DNA of 64,000 nucleotides from a virus: positions 41,826 to 105,825 of IMG/VR virus record IMGVR_UViG_3300032893_000735. One strand, written 5' to 3'. How positions within the stretch are numbered: position 1 is the stretch's first letter; each line of letters begins with the position of its first letter. Below are positions 1-9,642 of the stretch, piece by piece. The position numbers were made by a program, and so were the translations under genes. A model generated the notes under the pieces. The model searched no databases, was not told where the DNA came from, and saw nothing but the letters and a program-made list of their open reading frames with translations.

Positions 1-954
1 CCAGCCTTGACCGGTTGTTGTGGTGATGTCGCCTACGTTTTTGTCGAGTAGGACACCGTAGTGGTCTTCGTCGGCATACCTAGTCCCGATCAGGTCGATA
101 TATGAGCCCCCGAGCGCCAGTAGCTTTTCTGACAAGAAGAGGTGGTTAGATACCTTCTCGCAAAGCAGGGTAGTCTCCGAGTTGGTATCGGACACCGCGT
201 CATCAGCTTTGATTAATTCGTAACGCCATCCTGCCTTACTCTTGCCGACAGATGAAGCGTAAACAGTAGGTTCTTTTCGACCAGTTTTCTTTGCCGCGTA
301 AACTGGACAAGTAAACTCGTTCGCTGCGCCTGCCTTACCTTCCTCCACACAAAAGCTGGGCCAGAAGACGTTCATCCATGTGGGGTCTTCCTTGATGTAG
401 AAGTGGCCGCGAATCTCGTTTAAAAAACCCTCTGCGAGACTCTTTTCTGCGGTGAGGTACAGAATTCTAATATTCGGAAAGCAAAGAATCCAATTTACAG
501 TATCTATATGGTCGAAACTTGATTTTGCCGCGCCGCGAGGGTACAGAAGAAGTCTAGTCTTGACATCGCTTTGTTTATTTATCGGCTTCGTAGGATCTTT
601 CTTAATAAACAACTTAGTGAAAGGCCCGTAATACTCGTCACAGAAAATGTTCTCTTCGATTGGACGCGTTCCGTTGTCGGAGGCTGGGTTCGTCATCCAG
701 CAGAAGAATTGAGCCAGCCACATCAAATCAGTTTGGCAACGGTGCCGAACTTCTTTGCCAAGTCGAGTGTTTGGTATATGATCGGTGCCAAGTTGCATCA
801 TGTTTAGCAAATCTTGGCGGATACTAACTAGAAAGTCATACAAGGCCCTGTTGGGAATTTTCTCGGCATCTTTGTAGAACTCGTCGGGGGAATCCTCCAA
901 AAGAGAAGGATTCCCTCCATACTCAATTATCAATTCATCAAAATTCGACGCCAA
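1..954 (-). CDS. terL: Terminase large subunit, N-terminal ATPase part (runs off the window start)
   Basis: Not in the ORF track. Manual translation from TTG at 954 (RBS AGAGGA) gives Walker A LLLYPRGAAKS, Walker B ELIKADD and coupling motif LIGTRY. Confidence 0.85.
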   Translation of the reverse strand, partial: MASNFDELIIEYGGNPSLLEDSPDEFYKDAEKIPNRALYDFLVSIRQDLLNMMQLGTDHIPNTRLGKEVRHRCQTDLMWLAQFFCWMTNPASDNGTRPIEENIFCDEYYGPFTKLFIKKDPTKPINKQSDVKTRLLLYPRGAAKSSFDHIDTVNWILCFPNIRILYLTAEKSLAEGFLNEIRGHFYIKEDPTWMNVFWPSFCVEEGKAGAANEFTCPVYAAKKTGRKEPTVYASSVGKSKAGWRYELIKADDAVSDTNSETTLLCEKVSNHLFLSEKLLALGGSYIDLIGTRYADEDHYGVLLDKNVGDITTTTGQGW

Positions 955-979
955 GATATATCCTCTAATCTATAACTCT

Positions 980-999
980 ATTATACCACACTCTGTCAA
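980..999 (-). promoter_or_regulatory. Short-spacer promoter-like element TTGACA-N8-TATAAT upstream of terL
   Basis: Minus strand TTGACAgagtgTGgTATAAT; same architecture at 13882 and 14261. Confidence 0.6.
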
Positions 1000-1000
1000 G

Positions 1001-1150
1001 TTACTTCTTCTTTGTGGCCTTCTTTGCCTGTTTAGCGGTCATGACTTTTTCGCCCTTTTCAACCTTAGCCATTCCGCCCTTCTTGACTTTGCCGCCCTTC
1101 TTATATGTAGAGGGAGACGCCATACTGCCCGTCTGTTTCATTCCAGTCAT
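1001..1150 (-). CDS. Small Lys-rich hypothetical protein (49 aa)
   Basis: Manual translation MTGMKQ...YKKGGKVKKGGMAKVEKGEKV...KKK; start abuts the upstream stop. Confidence 0.6.
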   Translation of the reverse strand: MTGMKQTGSMASPSTYKKGGKVKKGGMAKVEKGEKVMTAKQAKKATKKK

Positions 1151-1151
1151 A

Positions 1152-1337
1152 TTACCTTCCTTTTGATTTCTTTTTCTTGCTCACCCCGGCTTCACTGAGG
1201 GCGATTGCGATCCCTTGTTTAGGGTTGGTTACTTTCTGGCCAGAGCTAGACTTCAGCTTTCCCGACTTAAACTCGTGCATCACATCCGATACCGCTTTAC
1301 GCTTACCGGCTTTGGTGGTTGGTTTTCTTGCTGGCAT
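1152..1337 (-). CDS. Small basic DUF6496-like protein
   Basis: VMHEFKSGKLKSSSGQKVTNPKQGIAIALSEAG motif; likely start is MPARK. Confidence 0.7.
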   Translation of the reverse strand: MPARKPTTKAGKRKAVSDVMHEFKSGKLKSSSGQKVTNPKQGIAIALSEAGVSKKKKSKGR

Positions 1338-1422
1338 ATTTCGTCCATTTTCTGGATTGCTTCGTCCTGTTCTCTCAGTTGATCTGGCTAGGCCGGGTAT
1401 CGTCGTGCTCACAGCGTCAGCG

Positions 1423-4128
1423 CTACTGGAAGCAGCGCACATTGTACGTTTTTGCTGTAGGCGTGGCGCTTGTTCCGCCGTAATTCCAAACGAGCACTGC
1501 CACTGTGTTTGTGCCGTTTCCATAAGCCTGAACGACGAATGGATAGCCAGGGCCGGCGGATCCATCTGTGGCGGTCGCAACACAATTCATGCCGGACGTT
1601 GCTCCAGTCACTGTGACAGCCGCGCTGGTATTGCTACCCGATGGAACGCTCGATCCGCCGATGCTTGAGCTGGTCCCCGTAAGAGGGGCGATGTAGTTAT
1701 TCACGGCCACCCACGAGGATCCGTTGTAAATCCATCCGTAGGTTGTTCCCGCGCTCAAAGCGTCGCGAACAAAGTCGCCCTGTTGGTATCCGGTTCCCGA
1801 ACTCGGAATAGATTGCCTAGTCTCAGTGCTGGAGAAAAAGACGCCTGTTCCTCCGCTCACGGTTTGCGCATAGGTACGACCGGATATTGGATCAAAAATC
1901 GAGGACCCATGCGGAGGATAATTTGGCGATGACATGCTGAGCGTAATCGGGTTGGAGTAGCTGAAATTCGGAACCTTAACGCTAAAGAACGGCGAGGATG
2001 TGGAGAAAACAACATACGGGGTCAAAGATGAAGGGCTTCCCGTATAGCTAATATCATCACCATTGAATCGAAGGCCGCTCCCTGCGTTGTCTCCACTTGC
2101 TCCAAGAAAATATGTTCCATAAACCATCGTCGGCGTCGTTTGTGTGTCCGAAATTACGTTGTTCTCTGCTACCGAACCAGACCATGCTGTCACGGTGCTG
2201 ATCGTAATTCCAGACTGCCAAAGGGAAAAACAAAAGCTGGACGCGCTTCCGTTTCGCTGGCCGGGATTATGAATATGGTTCCCCGAGATATCCAAATCAG
2301 TGACCGTCGAGAGTGGCTGAATCGTGATGCCTGAACACAGTGGGCTTTCGATGGTGTTTCCGATAATAGACACGTTCGCCAGCGGGGTCGCATTCGATCC
2401 CGACAGAGCGATGCCCGCAGAAAAGCTATTGGTCGCCAGCGTGTCTGCGACGAATCGAATGTTGTTGTTCTCGATGTGGACATTCGTCAAACCGTAGGTG
2501 CTTGCCGGAAAGAGAGCAACTCCCGATTCGTCATTGGAAACCGACCAGGGATTGGCACCTCGGTTCACGCTGATGATGTTTCCGGTTATGTTCAACCCGT
2601 CATAACTCCCGTCCGTAGCCCAGATCGAAACTCCTCGATTCACATTCGAGCAGGTGTTTCCGATCACATTGAGGTCATGAACGACGGATTCATTTGCACT
2701 CGTGGCAACGCATGCCCTGTAGTTTTGGATAACATTGCCGCTGACGATCTTCGAATCCTGGTGCACCTCGATTGCGGTTCGCACCCCAATTCCCGCGGCT
2801 TGAAACGTGTTTCCCTCCACGATCCCGCCTGTCCCCGTCAGATAAATCTCCGAGGAGTCATGGTCGTAGGTTCCACCGATCCCCATGTTGGACCAATGAT
2901 TGTTGATGATCGAACAGTTATTGCACAAGTTGAGCGAAACCGTCTGAACGTCGTTCCCATTGATGAACTTTACGTTTTGAACCGTGACATTATGCGCCGT
3001 CCCGCCATTTATCTGAAAGGCGATGTGCTCATTTGCGCCGATTGGGTTGCTGTTCACTGCGTTGTTCGCGGCGTTCCCATCGATGGTCAGGTTTTCGATG
3101 GTCACGTTTGCGGGCGAACCGCTGAAATCGAACAACGCCCGATAGTTGCCGAGTGAATTTCCAATCTTGATTGTTCCGCTTCCGGTGAAGCCGATATTGT
3201 TGTAAGGGATCGTGTAAATATAGCCGCCCGGTGAGGGATTTGAGCCGATGACACACACAGTGGAATCGGGTATGTAAATTCGCACCGGGACAGTATAGGC
3301 TCCCCCCGCCGTGATCGCTGCCCCAATCGCCGCGCGGTCGTCCGTTGAGCCGTCGCACTTCGCTCCATAAGCCGCGTTGCGAATGTCGATTACCGGCGTC
3401 ACGGCAGAGATCGCATTCGCAGCCGCGACGGTACTAAAGTTGGCAGGTCCAGGAGTTCCCGTCTGCCCGATGCTGGAGGGGTTAATCGCGTTTCCATCTA
3501 CGACGGCGGTAGCCGCGCCTTGAGCATTATTCTGCCCAGTCCCGCCTAAAGGAATCGAAATAGGGTAAGACGGGGCGGTTGAAGAATTGGCGCAAACATT
3601 CGGAATGACCTGGGACCCTTGCCCAGGCGCGGATATAGTCTCAGTTACACAATAGTTCAGAGGGATATAGTACCCGTAGTTCCCGTTCGAGTCAGTTGTC
3701 ACTGAGCTAGAGGCGATAGGAACAGACAAAGCTGGGTCAGAATAAATAGTCGCCCCAGACCCCGTACCCGTAACCGTAACCCTAACCGTAGCATAAGGAG
3801 CCACCTGAGCGGTGATAGTATTCGTCCCGCGCATCAGGACTTGGTTAGTCCGATGGTAACCTCCTGTCGCTTGCTGGGCCAGTCCGAAAAATGGACAAAG
3901 TAAAATAAGTAGTAGTAAAAGTTTCTTCACAATCCCTCTGTCTAGTTCCGGAGTTACTTGTTCTGTGGACAAATCTCGGAGGATAATCTCCGCCAGTCTC
4001 GCTTCGTTCTCATGTTCAGCAGCTATTGCTTTGTACCCATTGTGTCGAGCCATCCCAGCTTCCCGTATTGATTTCTGGCGATGGCCCGAAACGAACAACC
4101 TGACTCGCTCCAAAACTTCGAACGTCAT
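1423..4128 (-). CDS. Tailspike/depolymerase-like right-handed beta-helix protein (pectate-lyase-3-like); probable start GTG 3930 with signal-peptide-like N-terminus
   Basis: YGAKCDGSTDDRAAIGAAI motif followed by repeated IxGNxI beta-helix turns; GAGGG RBS before GTG at 3930. Confidence 0.8.
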   Translation of the reverse strand: MTFEVLERVRLFVSGHRQKSIREAGMARHNGYKAIAAEHENEARLAEIILRDLSTEQVTPELDRGIVKKLLLLLILLCPFFGLAQQATGGYHRTNQVLMRGTNTITAQVAPYATVRVTVTGTGSGATIYSDPALSVPIASSSVTTDSNGNYGYYIPLNYCVTETISAPGQGSQVIPNVCANSSTAPSYPISIPLGGTGQNNAQGAATAVVDGNAINPSSIGQTGTPGPANFSTVAAANAISAVTPVIDIRNAAYGAKCDGSTDDRAAIGAAITAGGAYTVPVRIYIPDSTVCVIGSNPSPGGYIYTIPYNNIGFTGSGTIKIGNSLGNYRALFDFSGSPANVTIENLTIDGNAANNAVNSNPIGANEHIAFQINGGTAHNVTVQNVKFINGNDVQTVSLNLCNNCSIINNHWSNMGIGGTYDHDSSEIYLTGTGGIVEGNTFQAAGIGVRTAIEVHQDSKIVSGNVIQNYRACVATSANESVVHDLNVIGNTCSNVNRGVSIWATDGSYDGLNITGNIISVNRGANPWSVSNDESGVALFPASTYGLTNVHIENNNIRFVADTLATNSFSAGIALSGSNATPLANVSIIGNTIESPLCSGITIQPLSTVTDLDISGNHIHNPGQRNGSASSFCFSLWQSGITISTVTAWSGSVAENNVISDTQTTPTMVYGTYFLGASGDNAGSGLRFNGDDISYTGSPSSLTPYVVFSTSSPFFSVKVPNFSYSNPITLSMSSPNYPPHGSSIFDPISGRTYAQTVSGGTGVFFSSTETRQSIPSSGTGYQQGDFVRDALSAGTTYGWIYNGSSWVAVNNYIAPLTGTSSSIGGSSVPSGSNTSAAVTVTGATSGMNCVATATDGSAGPGYPFVVQAYGNGTNTVAVLVWNYGGTSATPTAKTYNVRCFQ

Positions 4129-4140
4129 GCGGCCTCTAAT

Positions 4141-4860
4141 CTAGTGAGTATTATGGTAGAGTTCAGATCCCCATACGGCAGGTTCTATAAGCCGAGTTCC
4201 CATGCTAACTCCGTTCCAGGTTTTCTTCAGGGCACAGATAGTTCCTGAACAAGGGGCTGGGAACAGATAAGAATGGAACTTGGTTTGGAAATCCCCAGTG
4301 GTCTTCCCGAGATTATATGTAACGGTATTAGTGTTGTGTAGGGTTTGGGTTATGTCAGGCGAGGAGACTAATTTATCGAAATCGTATATGGACTTGTGTA
4401 GCATGTCCAGGTTGTCGTCTAATCTATTTTCAGTTTGAGGCAGGTTAACCAGAGCCCGGTGGGCATCCCCGCCGATAGTATTCATCTGGGTTTGGGTATC
4501 TTGGATCAGGCCAGTTGCGGTTTGAATGGTGCTTCGAAGGTCAACTACTCCGCCGTTCAGGTTGTCGAACAAAACTTGGCCGTGACCGTCCCAAGTAGAC
4601 ATCTGCTGCTGTTCGTGTCGTGCGACCAAATCGGTATGGACGACCAAAGACCGAGACTCATTAATCAGTTTGTCCGCGAGAACAATCGTCTCGTCGGCCT
4701 TGCTGATCGTCGTGTCCATTTTCTGGACGACAGGCGCGGCTTCGGATACGATAGCCTTGGACCGCTGTCCGACTCCACCCCACTCCCAAGTGGCCCAGGT
4801 AGCCATCGCTACCAAGGCCAGCAAGAAGATTCCAATCGAATTTAAGATATATTTGTTCAT
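4141..4860 (-). CDS. Membrane-anchored coiled-coil protein (spanin-like or MCE-like)
   Basis: N-terminal TM helix followed by a long heptad-rich region. Confidence 0.45.
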   Translation of the reverse strand: MNKYILNSIGIFLLALVAMATWATWEWGGVGQRSKAIVSEAAPVVQKMDTTISKADETIVLADKLINESRSLVVHTDLVARHEQQQMSTWDGHGQVLFDNLNGGVVDLRSTIQTATGLIQDTQTQMNTIGGDAHRALVNLPQTENRLDDNLDMLHKSIYDFDKLVSSPDITQTLHNTNTVTYNLGKTTGDFQTKFHSYLFPAPCSGTICALKKTWNGVSMGTRLIEPAVWGSELYHNTH

Positions 4861-5198
4861 TACTTCTTAATGAGAGCCGTATACTGCGGGATGTCCTTAA
4901 TCAAGGCTTCGACGGCCTGAATAACATTGATATCGAATCCAGTATTTTGCAGTTTGGCGGACGCAGCCGAGTCCCCAGCGTGCATAATAGCAGCTACATC
5001 GCCGAGAATAGCATACGCCAGTTTCTCAATAGGAAGTGCAATCGCACCATACGTAGGCACGGCTGCGGTCACTGCTTCAACCGTAGACTCAGTGGCCTGA
5101 ACTTTCTGGATACCAGCCTCGACCTTGGGTTCGTCAGCCTTAACCTTCTCGAAAACTGTTGCGAAAAAATGTCCTACTGTTTTAAACGGATTAGTCAC
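4860..5198 (-). CDS. Hypothetical protein
   Basis: GAGGAG RBS; translationally coupled to the next gene. Confidence 0.65.
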   Translation of the reverse strand: MTNPFKTVGHFFATVFEKVKADEPKVEAGIQKVQATESTVEAVTAAVPTYGAIALPIEKLAYAILGDVAAIMHAGDSAASAKLQNTGFDINVIQAVEALIKDIPQYTALIKK

Positions 5199-5212
5199 TT
5201 GTATCTCCTCTG

Positions 5213-5437
5213 TTACTTTTGTGTAGGGTCCGCTGTAGTCTGGACCTCGTTAGATTTGTTCCCGATAGCTTTGCCTGTCAATAGCCCGATGCCCGCTCCG
5301 ATTACTCCAGAGGCGGTTTCCTGCCCGAGACCAAACTGCTTGGACATAAGAGAGAAGGCAATCCCGATAATCAGAACGGTAATCGCCACCCAGGCGGTGT
5401 CCATCGTATTTAGAGCGTTAATTATTTTCTGTAGCAT
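5213..5437 (-). CDS. Putative holin (2 TM segments)
   Basis: 74 aa with two hydrophobic segments and a charged C-terminus. Confidence 0.5.
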   Translation of the reverse strand: MLQKIINALNTMDTAWVAITVLIIGIAFSLMSKQFGLGQETASGVIGAGIGLLTGKAIGNKSNEVQTTADPTQK

Positions 5438-5446
5438 TTGTTTTCC

Positions 5447-5767
5447 TTACATTCCAGGAGCAGCCGTCGGAGTCGCGGGGGCAGATTGAGGCACGGCGGC
5501 TGCGGCGGGAGGACCGGCTGGAGCGGCTTGTGCGGATTGGTCGGGAACATTCTGGTCTATATGAGCCAAAAGAGCTGCCTTATCTGGTAGAACATGTTCC
5601 TCATCTTCAGGAGTAGTACCGTCGTCAGCAGGGGCGAACTTGTGGCGGACAATGTGCCCGCCTGACTTGCCATGCCTAATGTGGATCTCGTGTGGGTGCT
5701 TACCCTTGCTGGACGACTTCTTACCCCCGCCCATTCCCGCCTTGCTGCGGCTTGATTCGTTCTTCAT
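5447..5767 (-). CDS. Hypothetical protein (basic N-terminus, Ala/Pro-rich C-terminus)
   Basis: AAGGA RBS; fits the operon. Confidence 0.65.
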   Translation of the reverse strand: MKNESSRSKAGMGGGKKSSSKGKHPHEIHIRHGKSGGHIVRHKFAPADDGTTPEDEEHVLPDKAALLAHIDQNVPDQSAQAAPAGPPAAAAVPQSAPATPTAAPGM

Positions 5768-5797
5768 TGGTTATCCTTTGTCCAGAAAATGGACGGG

Positions 5798-5989
5798 TTA
5801 CTTGATGGCCTTCTTCAGCATGTTTTTCGCAGATTCCGGAGTCGATCCCTTAACTTTGATCTTGATCTTCGTCTCCCCGAGTTTCTTGGCCTGCTTCTTA
5901 TCCGACTTAGCATCGGCCTTCATGATCTTCTTTTCCAACTTCTTGTCAGACTTCGCGTCTTTCTTTGCTGCCTTCATATCTTTTGCCAT
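5798..5989 (-). CDS. Small Lys-rich (histone-like) protein
   Basis: Roughly one third Lys, DAKSDKK repeat, AAGGA RBS. Confidence 0.65.
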   Translation of the reverse strand: MAKDMKAAKKDAKSDKKLEKKIMKADAKSDKKQAKKLGETKIKIKVKGSTPESAKNMLKKAIK

Positions 5990-6007
5990 GATAAAATCCT
6001 TTGATAG

Positions 6008-7102
6008 TTAGTTACATGTTGAGCAATTCGGCCAAGTTCCGGAAGTACAATCCCCGAGTTGACCCGATGTTTTCCAACATACTCCGTGTCCAGCCGTGGG
6101 TGTTCCAGAGATCCCTGGGACTCCTAAATTCGTCCTCGCACCTGCCGCCGTAGTTGCTCCTGTGCCGCCGTTGTAAACTGCCGCAGATGTATTGACATTG
6201 GAACCTGACACATTAGGGGTGATCGAATCGGGCGAGATGTACGTGTAAGCGGCCCCCGCCGAGAGACCGTAGTTCATATCCACGCCATTCAGAAGGTTTG
6301 GCGTGCCCGCTGTGTTCGTGTTCGTGAAGGCCACGTTTGCTGTGCCTCCGCCATTCGTCAACAAAGCTCCGGATATAATCATCTGGCCGCTTTGATTCGT
6401 AAGGTTAGCCGTTGCCGATGCCGTGCTCAGTTCGGTGTTGATAAATACAGCCACGGAGCTAGCACCGTTCTGCGTGACAAGCGCCGTACCGGTTAGCCCG
6501 TTGAAATACGGCTGTCCTCCGGTGATCGTAATCGTGCCCGCTGCTTGAACGCTGATGAACTGCGGCGATCCTCCCTGGATCGTAAGATTCGTGTTCAGAG
6601 CCCCGCCAATCCTCGCCGATTGAACCGCACCGGTGTAGGCGTAAGTAACATTCGTGGCCGTGGTGGTGAAGTTGAATAGCGTTGTCGGGCCATTTAGCGT
6701 GATGTTCCCTGTTACCGTTACCGCGCACCCATTCCCGTTGATCGTGGCCGCATAAGCAGGAAATGAAATGTTTCCCGTATACGTGTACGGAGTAGACGTG
6801 GGAGTGCAATTTATCACGAATGGTTCTGTCAGTGCCGATACGGCAGGAAGGAGAGTTGTCAGTGACTTGAACGGATAGGAGATCGATCCATTTTCAGTGT
6901 AACTATCTGCCCTCGTGCCGTCAAGATAAAATGTCGCTACCGGAGTCGTACCAGTCCCTATTCCAGCTCCGTATATAACACCACCCACATAAACATTCCC
7001 GACAACTCCGAGATTTGTGTATGGATAGTTCGTTGTCTGTCCGAATAATGGACTAGCCGCGAGAATCAGCAAGAAAAGAATAGATGCGAGAGTCTTTTTC
7101 AT
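6008..7102 (-). CDS. Thr/Gly-rich beta-solenoid, tail-fibre-like protein with signal peptide
   Basis: N-terminus MKKTLASILFLLILAASPLFGQ; tail-fibre-type motif GGTGATTAAGARTNLG; Cys-rich end. Confidence 0.7.
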   Translation of the reverse strand: MKKTLASILFLLILAASPLFGQTTNYPYTNLGVVGNVYVGGVIYGAGIGTGTTPVATFYLDGTRADSYTENGSISYPFKSLTTLLPAVSALTEPFVINCTPTSTPYTYTGNISFPAYAATINGNGCAVTVTGNITLNGPTTLFNFTTTATNVTYAYTGAVQSARIGGALNTNLTIQGGSPQFISVQAAGTITITGGQPYFNGLTGTALVTQNGASSVAVFINTELSTASATANLTNQSGQMIISGALLTNGGGTANVAFTNTNTAGTPNLLNGVDMNYGLSAGAAYTYISPDSITPNVSGSNVNTSAAVYNGGTGATTAAGARTNLGVPGISGTPTAGHGVCWKTSGQLGDCTSGTWPNCSTCN

Positions 7103-7106
7103 TCCT

Positions 7107-7733
7107 CTACAGCCTCGTAATAGCGAATTCTGTTACGGTGACTGTGTTGCTTCCGCCACCTGAAAAAGTAAATGATGGGATGAAGTTAAGGTCAGAGATA
7201 GACAAACCGGAAACACTAGCCGTGTTGCTGACGGCCACGACTGACCCGTTCATATACTGAGCAGCGGCTCCGAAACTCAGGATCTTGGTTGTCGAGTCCC
7301 ATAGGAATTGAGCCTTGAGCCAGAAGTTGATACTGGCTGACGACGTAATCCCAGAAGTTGCCGTACCTGTTACAATATTTGTGCATCCAGTTCCCAAAGT
7401 TCCGATGGTATAGTTCTTAGAGTACGGACCTTCGGACCAAGTTGACTTCTTTGCGTTGTAAAGATTAACCAGACAGTTTGTAGTAGTGGCCCCCGAGATT
7501 GTACCCGCCATCTGGACCTCAAACGGGTGACCGTCGAAAACATCAGGAGAAACATCAGGCGGTACGCTGATAAAAAGTCCAACAGGGTAGGTAGTTGTAG
7601 ACAGAGGGAACAATGGAGAAGGAAATCTAGAGTATACCCCGGATGCCGAAGGAGCGAGCAAAGGAGTCTCTGAAGTTCCCGAGACTACTTGCGTGTAGTT
7701 ACGAATTCCGTAGGAGGTATCCGAGCGGCTCAT
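7107..7733 (-). CDS. Beta-rich putative structural protein, paralog of 8902..9534
   Basis: Shared blocks FPLSTTTYPVG, FDGHPFEV, DLNFIPSFTF. Confidence 0.75.
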   Translation of the reverse strand: MSRSDTSYGIRNYTQVVSGTSETPLLAPSASGVYSRFPSPLFPLSTTTYPVGLFISVPPDVSPDVFDGHPFEVQMAGTISGATTTNCLVNLYNAKKSTWSEGPYSKNYTIGTLGTGCTNIVTGTATSGITSSASINFWLKAQFLWDSTTKILSFGAAAQYMNGSVVAVSNTASVSGLSISDLNFIPSFTFSGGGSNTVTVTEFAITRL

Positions 7734-7761
7734 TTATCCTTCAATCTGTCCACAAAATGGA

Positions 7762-8118
7762 CTAAACAGAATACCAAATAAACAATCTTGTTCCGGTTGC
7801 TGTAAGTCCCGTAACCGCAAAATCACGCCAGTTTACCCTGCCCATAACAGCAGGTTCCGAGTCTACAATAAGTTCCGTGTTGGCGGGGGAAGCAGAAGGA
7901 ACGACCAACGGAGGATACAAAGTTGAACTGTCAGAGGGGGCGGTGATAGTTACGGTACCTGCGGTAGACGCTCCGCCGGGACCGACGGCCAGAACGAGCT
8001 TGGATACTCGGATTCCACAACCCTGAGTACAGTTGGTCGAAGTCACCGCAGCGGCATTCCGAAATGTCGTTATATCTGTATCTATCACAATCGGTGAAGT
8101 ATTCAGAGAGTTCGCCAA
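7762..8118 (-). CDS. Putative structural protein
   Basis: AGGAG RBS, TTG start, beta-rich. Confidence 0.65.
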   Translation of the reverse strand: MANSLNTSPIVIDTDITTFRNAAAVTSTNCTQGCGIRVSKLVLAVGPGGASTAGTVTITAPSDSSTLYPPLVVPSASPANTELIVDSEPAVMGRVNWRDFAVTGLTATGTRLFIWYSV

Positions 8119-8127
8119 GGTGACTCC

Positions 8128-8346
8128 TTAGTCGTTTAATTTAAAGTGTTTACGAAGCAGAGTTTTGAGGCTGAAGACCTGGGCATCGAAGTGAACCTTG
8201 AGGTATGAGTCCGACACATCACGTGCGTCCATAACATCGCACAGGTATTTCTTTAGGTCAACTTCAATTTCTTTTACCAGCAGGTGCCGATCAGCTCCCC
8301 AGATTACTACGAGAACGAATACTATAGCGCAGATAATTGCGATCAT
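8128..8346 (-). CDS. Small membrane protein
   Basis: GAGGAG RBS; N-terminal TM helix. Confidence 0.6.
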   Translation of the reverse strand: MIAIICAIVFVLVVIWGADRHLLVKEIEVDLKKYLCDVMDARDVSDSYLKVHFDAQVFSLKTLLRKHFKLND

Positions 8347-8391
8347 TTCGTCTCCTCTGGGGGCCTTTCGGCCCCCGTGGGTTTAGTGATA

Positions 8392-8877
8392 TTACACGAG
8401 TTCTAGTTTAAACTCAGTAATGGTTAGAGTAGAAGTCGGGTCCCCTCCGCTTCCTTTCGCTCCGCCAACACAAAAAACCAAATCGGACTGCGAGGGGATG
8501 GAGTATAGAGTAGTGTTGTTCCCTGACTGGATAACTTGTTGAGAAACAGAGTCCCATACCAGATTCACTTCAGAAACAAAATTACTTACCAGCGAACCGC
8601 TCCCCGAAGTTGTCCCTAGAGCTACGCCGGGTAAGTTAACCAAGATAGGGGATGAAGTCGAGGTTCCCAAGTATATAGTAGCGTTCGGGTTCGCTCCTCC
8701 AGAAGAAATTTCAACCCGACCAGTTACGATCAGTCTTAAAAGTTTTCCAGAAAGAAGAGGCGCAGAAGGGGCGGACAATACAGCGGTTCCTCCCGAAGCC
8801 AGTTGTACCAAAGAAGTAGTTGTGGATGTCTCGGACAAAACTGACAGTTGAGAGGGCTCTATTTTTGCTAAGAACAA
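8392..8877 (-). CDS. Beta-rich protein, distant paralog of 7107 and 8902
   Basis: Shares WDS and terminal TITEFKL motifs. Confidence 0.65.
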   Translation of the reverse strand: MFLAKIEPSQLSVLSETSTTTSLVQLASGGTAVLSAPSAPLLSGKLLRLIVTGRVEISSGGANPNATIYLGTSTSSPILVNLPGVALGTTSGSGSLVSNFVSEVNLVWDSVSQQVIQSGNNTTLYSIPSQSDLVFCVGGAKGSGGDPTSTLTITEFKLELV

Positions 8878-8901
8878 TTTTATCTCCTGTTTTGTGGTGA
8901 T

Positions 8902-9534
8902 TTACAGCCGATTGATGCAGAATTCCTTGATGTTCACGGTTGTCGTTGCTGCCGATGCGAAGGTGAACGAAGGAATAAAGTTCAAGTCGGTAATAGCGAC
9001 CGACGTTGCGTTGGCATTGGCGGCATTGGCTACGACCGCGCCGTTGATGTACTGGGTGGTTCCGCACCACGATAGGATCTTGGTGAGGCTGTCCCACATG
9101 AACGTGGTCTTCAGCAAACAGTTGATGGTCACGCTCGAAGTCAAACCAGCGGTTGCGGTTCCAGTAAGAACCTTGGTACAACCTGTGCCGAGAGTAGCCA
9201 ATGTGTAGCTAGATGAAGCCGAACCACCAGAGAATGTTGAAGCCTTGGCATTGTACAGATTGACCAAAGTGTTCGTGGTTGCGGTGCTCGAAGCGGTGAA
9301 GGACAGGCTGACTTCGAAAGGATGCCCGTCAAACTGACTACCAGCAATATCTGCCGGAACGCCAATAAACACGCCAACAGGATAGGTGGTGGTTGAAAGC
9401 GGGAACTCCGGCGAAGGGAAATATGGAGAAACGCCAGAGGCGGTGGGAGCGAGCAGGGCGGTTTCAGAGGTTACGGATACGACCTGCGAATAGTTGAAAT
9501 TGGGGTAGCCAAAGCTAGAGTCTTGACGCGCCAT
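8902..9534 (-). CDS. Beta-rich putative structural protein, paralog of 7107..7733
   Basis: Shared blocks with 7107..7733; AAGGA RBS. Confidence 0.75.
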   Translation of the reverse strand: MARQDSSFGYPNFNYSQVVSVTSETALLAPTASGVSPYFPSPEFPLSTTTYPVGVFIGVPADIAGSQFDGHPFEVSLSFTASSTATTNTLVNLYNAKASTFSGGSASSSYTLATLGTGCTKVLTGTATAGLTSSVTINCLLKTTFMWDSLTKILSWCGTTQYINGAVVANAANANATSVAITDLNFIPSFTFASAATTTVNIKEFCINRL

Positions 9535-9642
9535 TTATTGATTCCTTTATAGTTGTGGGGTGATTTGTCTGGGGCCTAGAATCAGCCCCACGTTGCGCAG
9601 GCCCGAACCGGGTCTCGATTAGTGTCCAGAAAACGGACAAGA

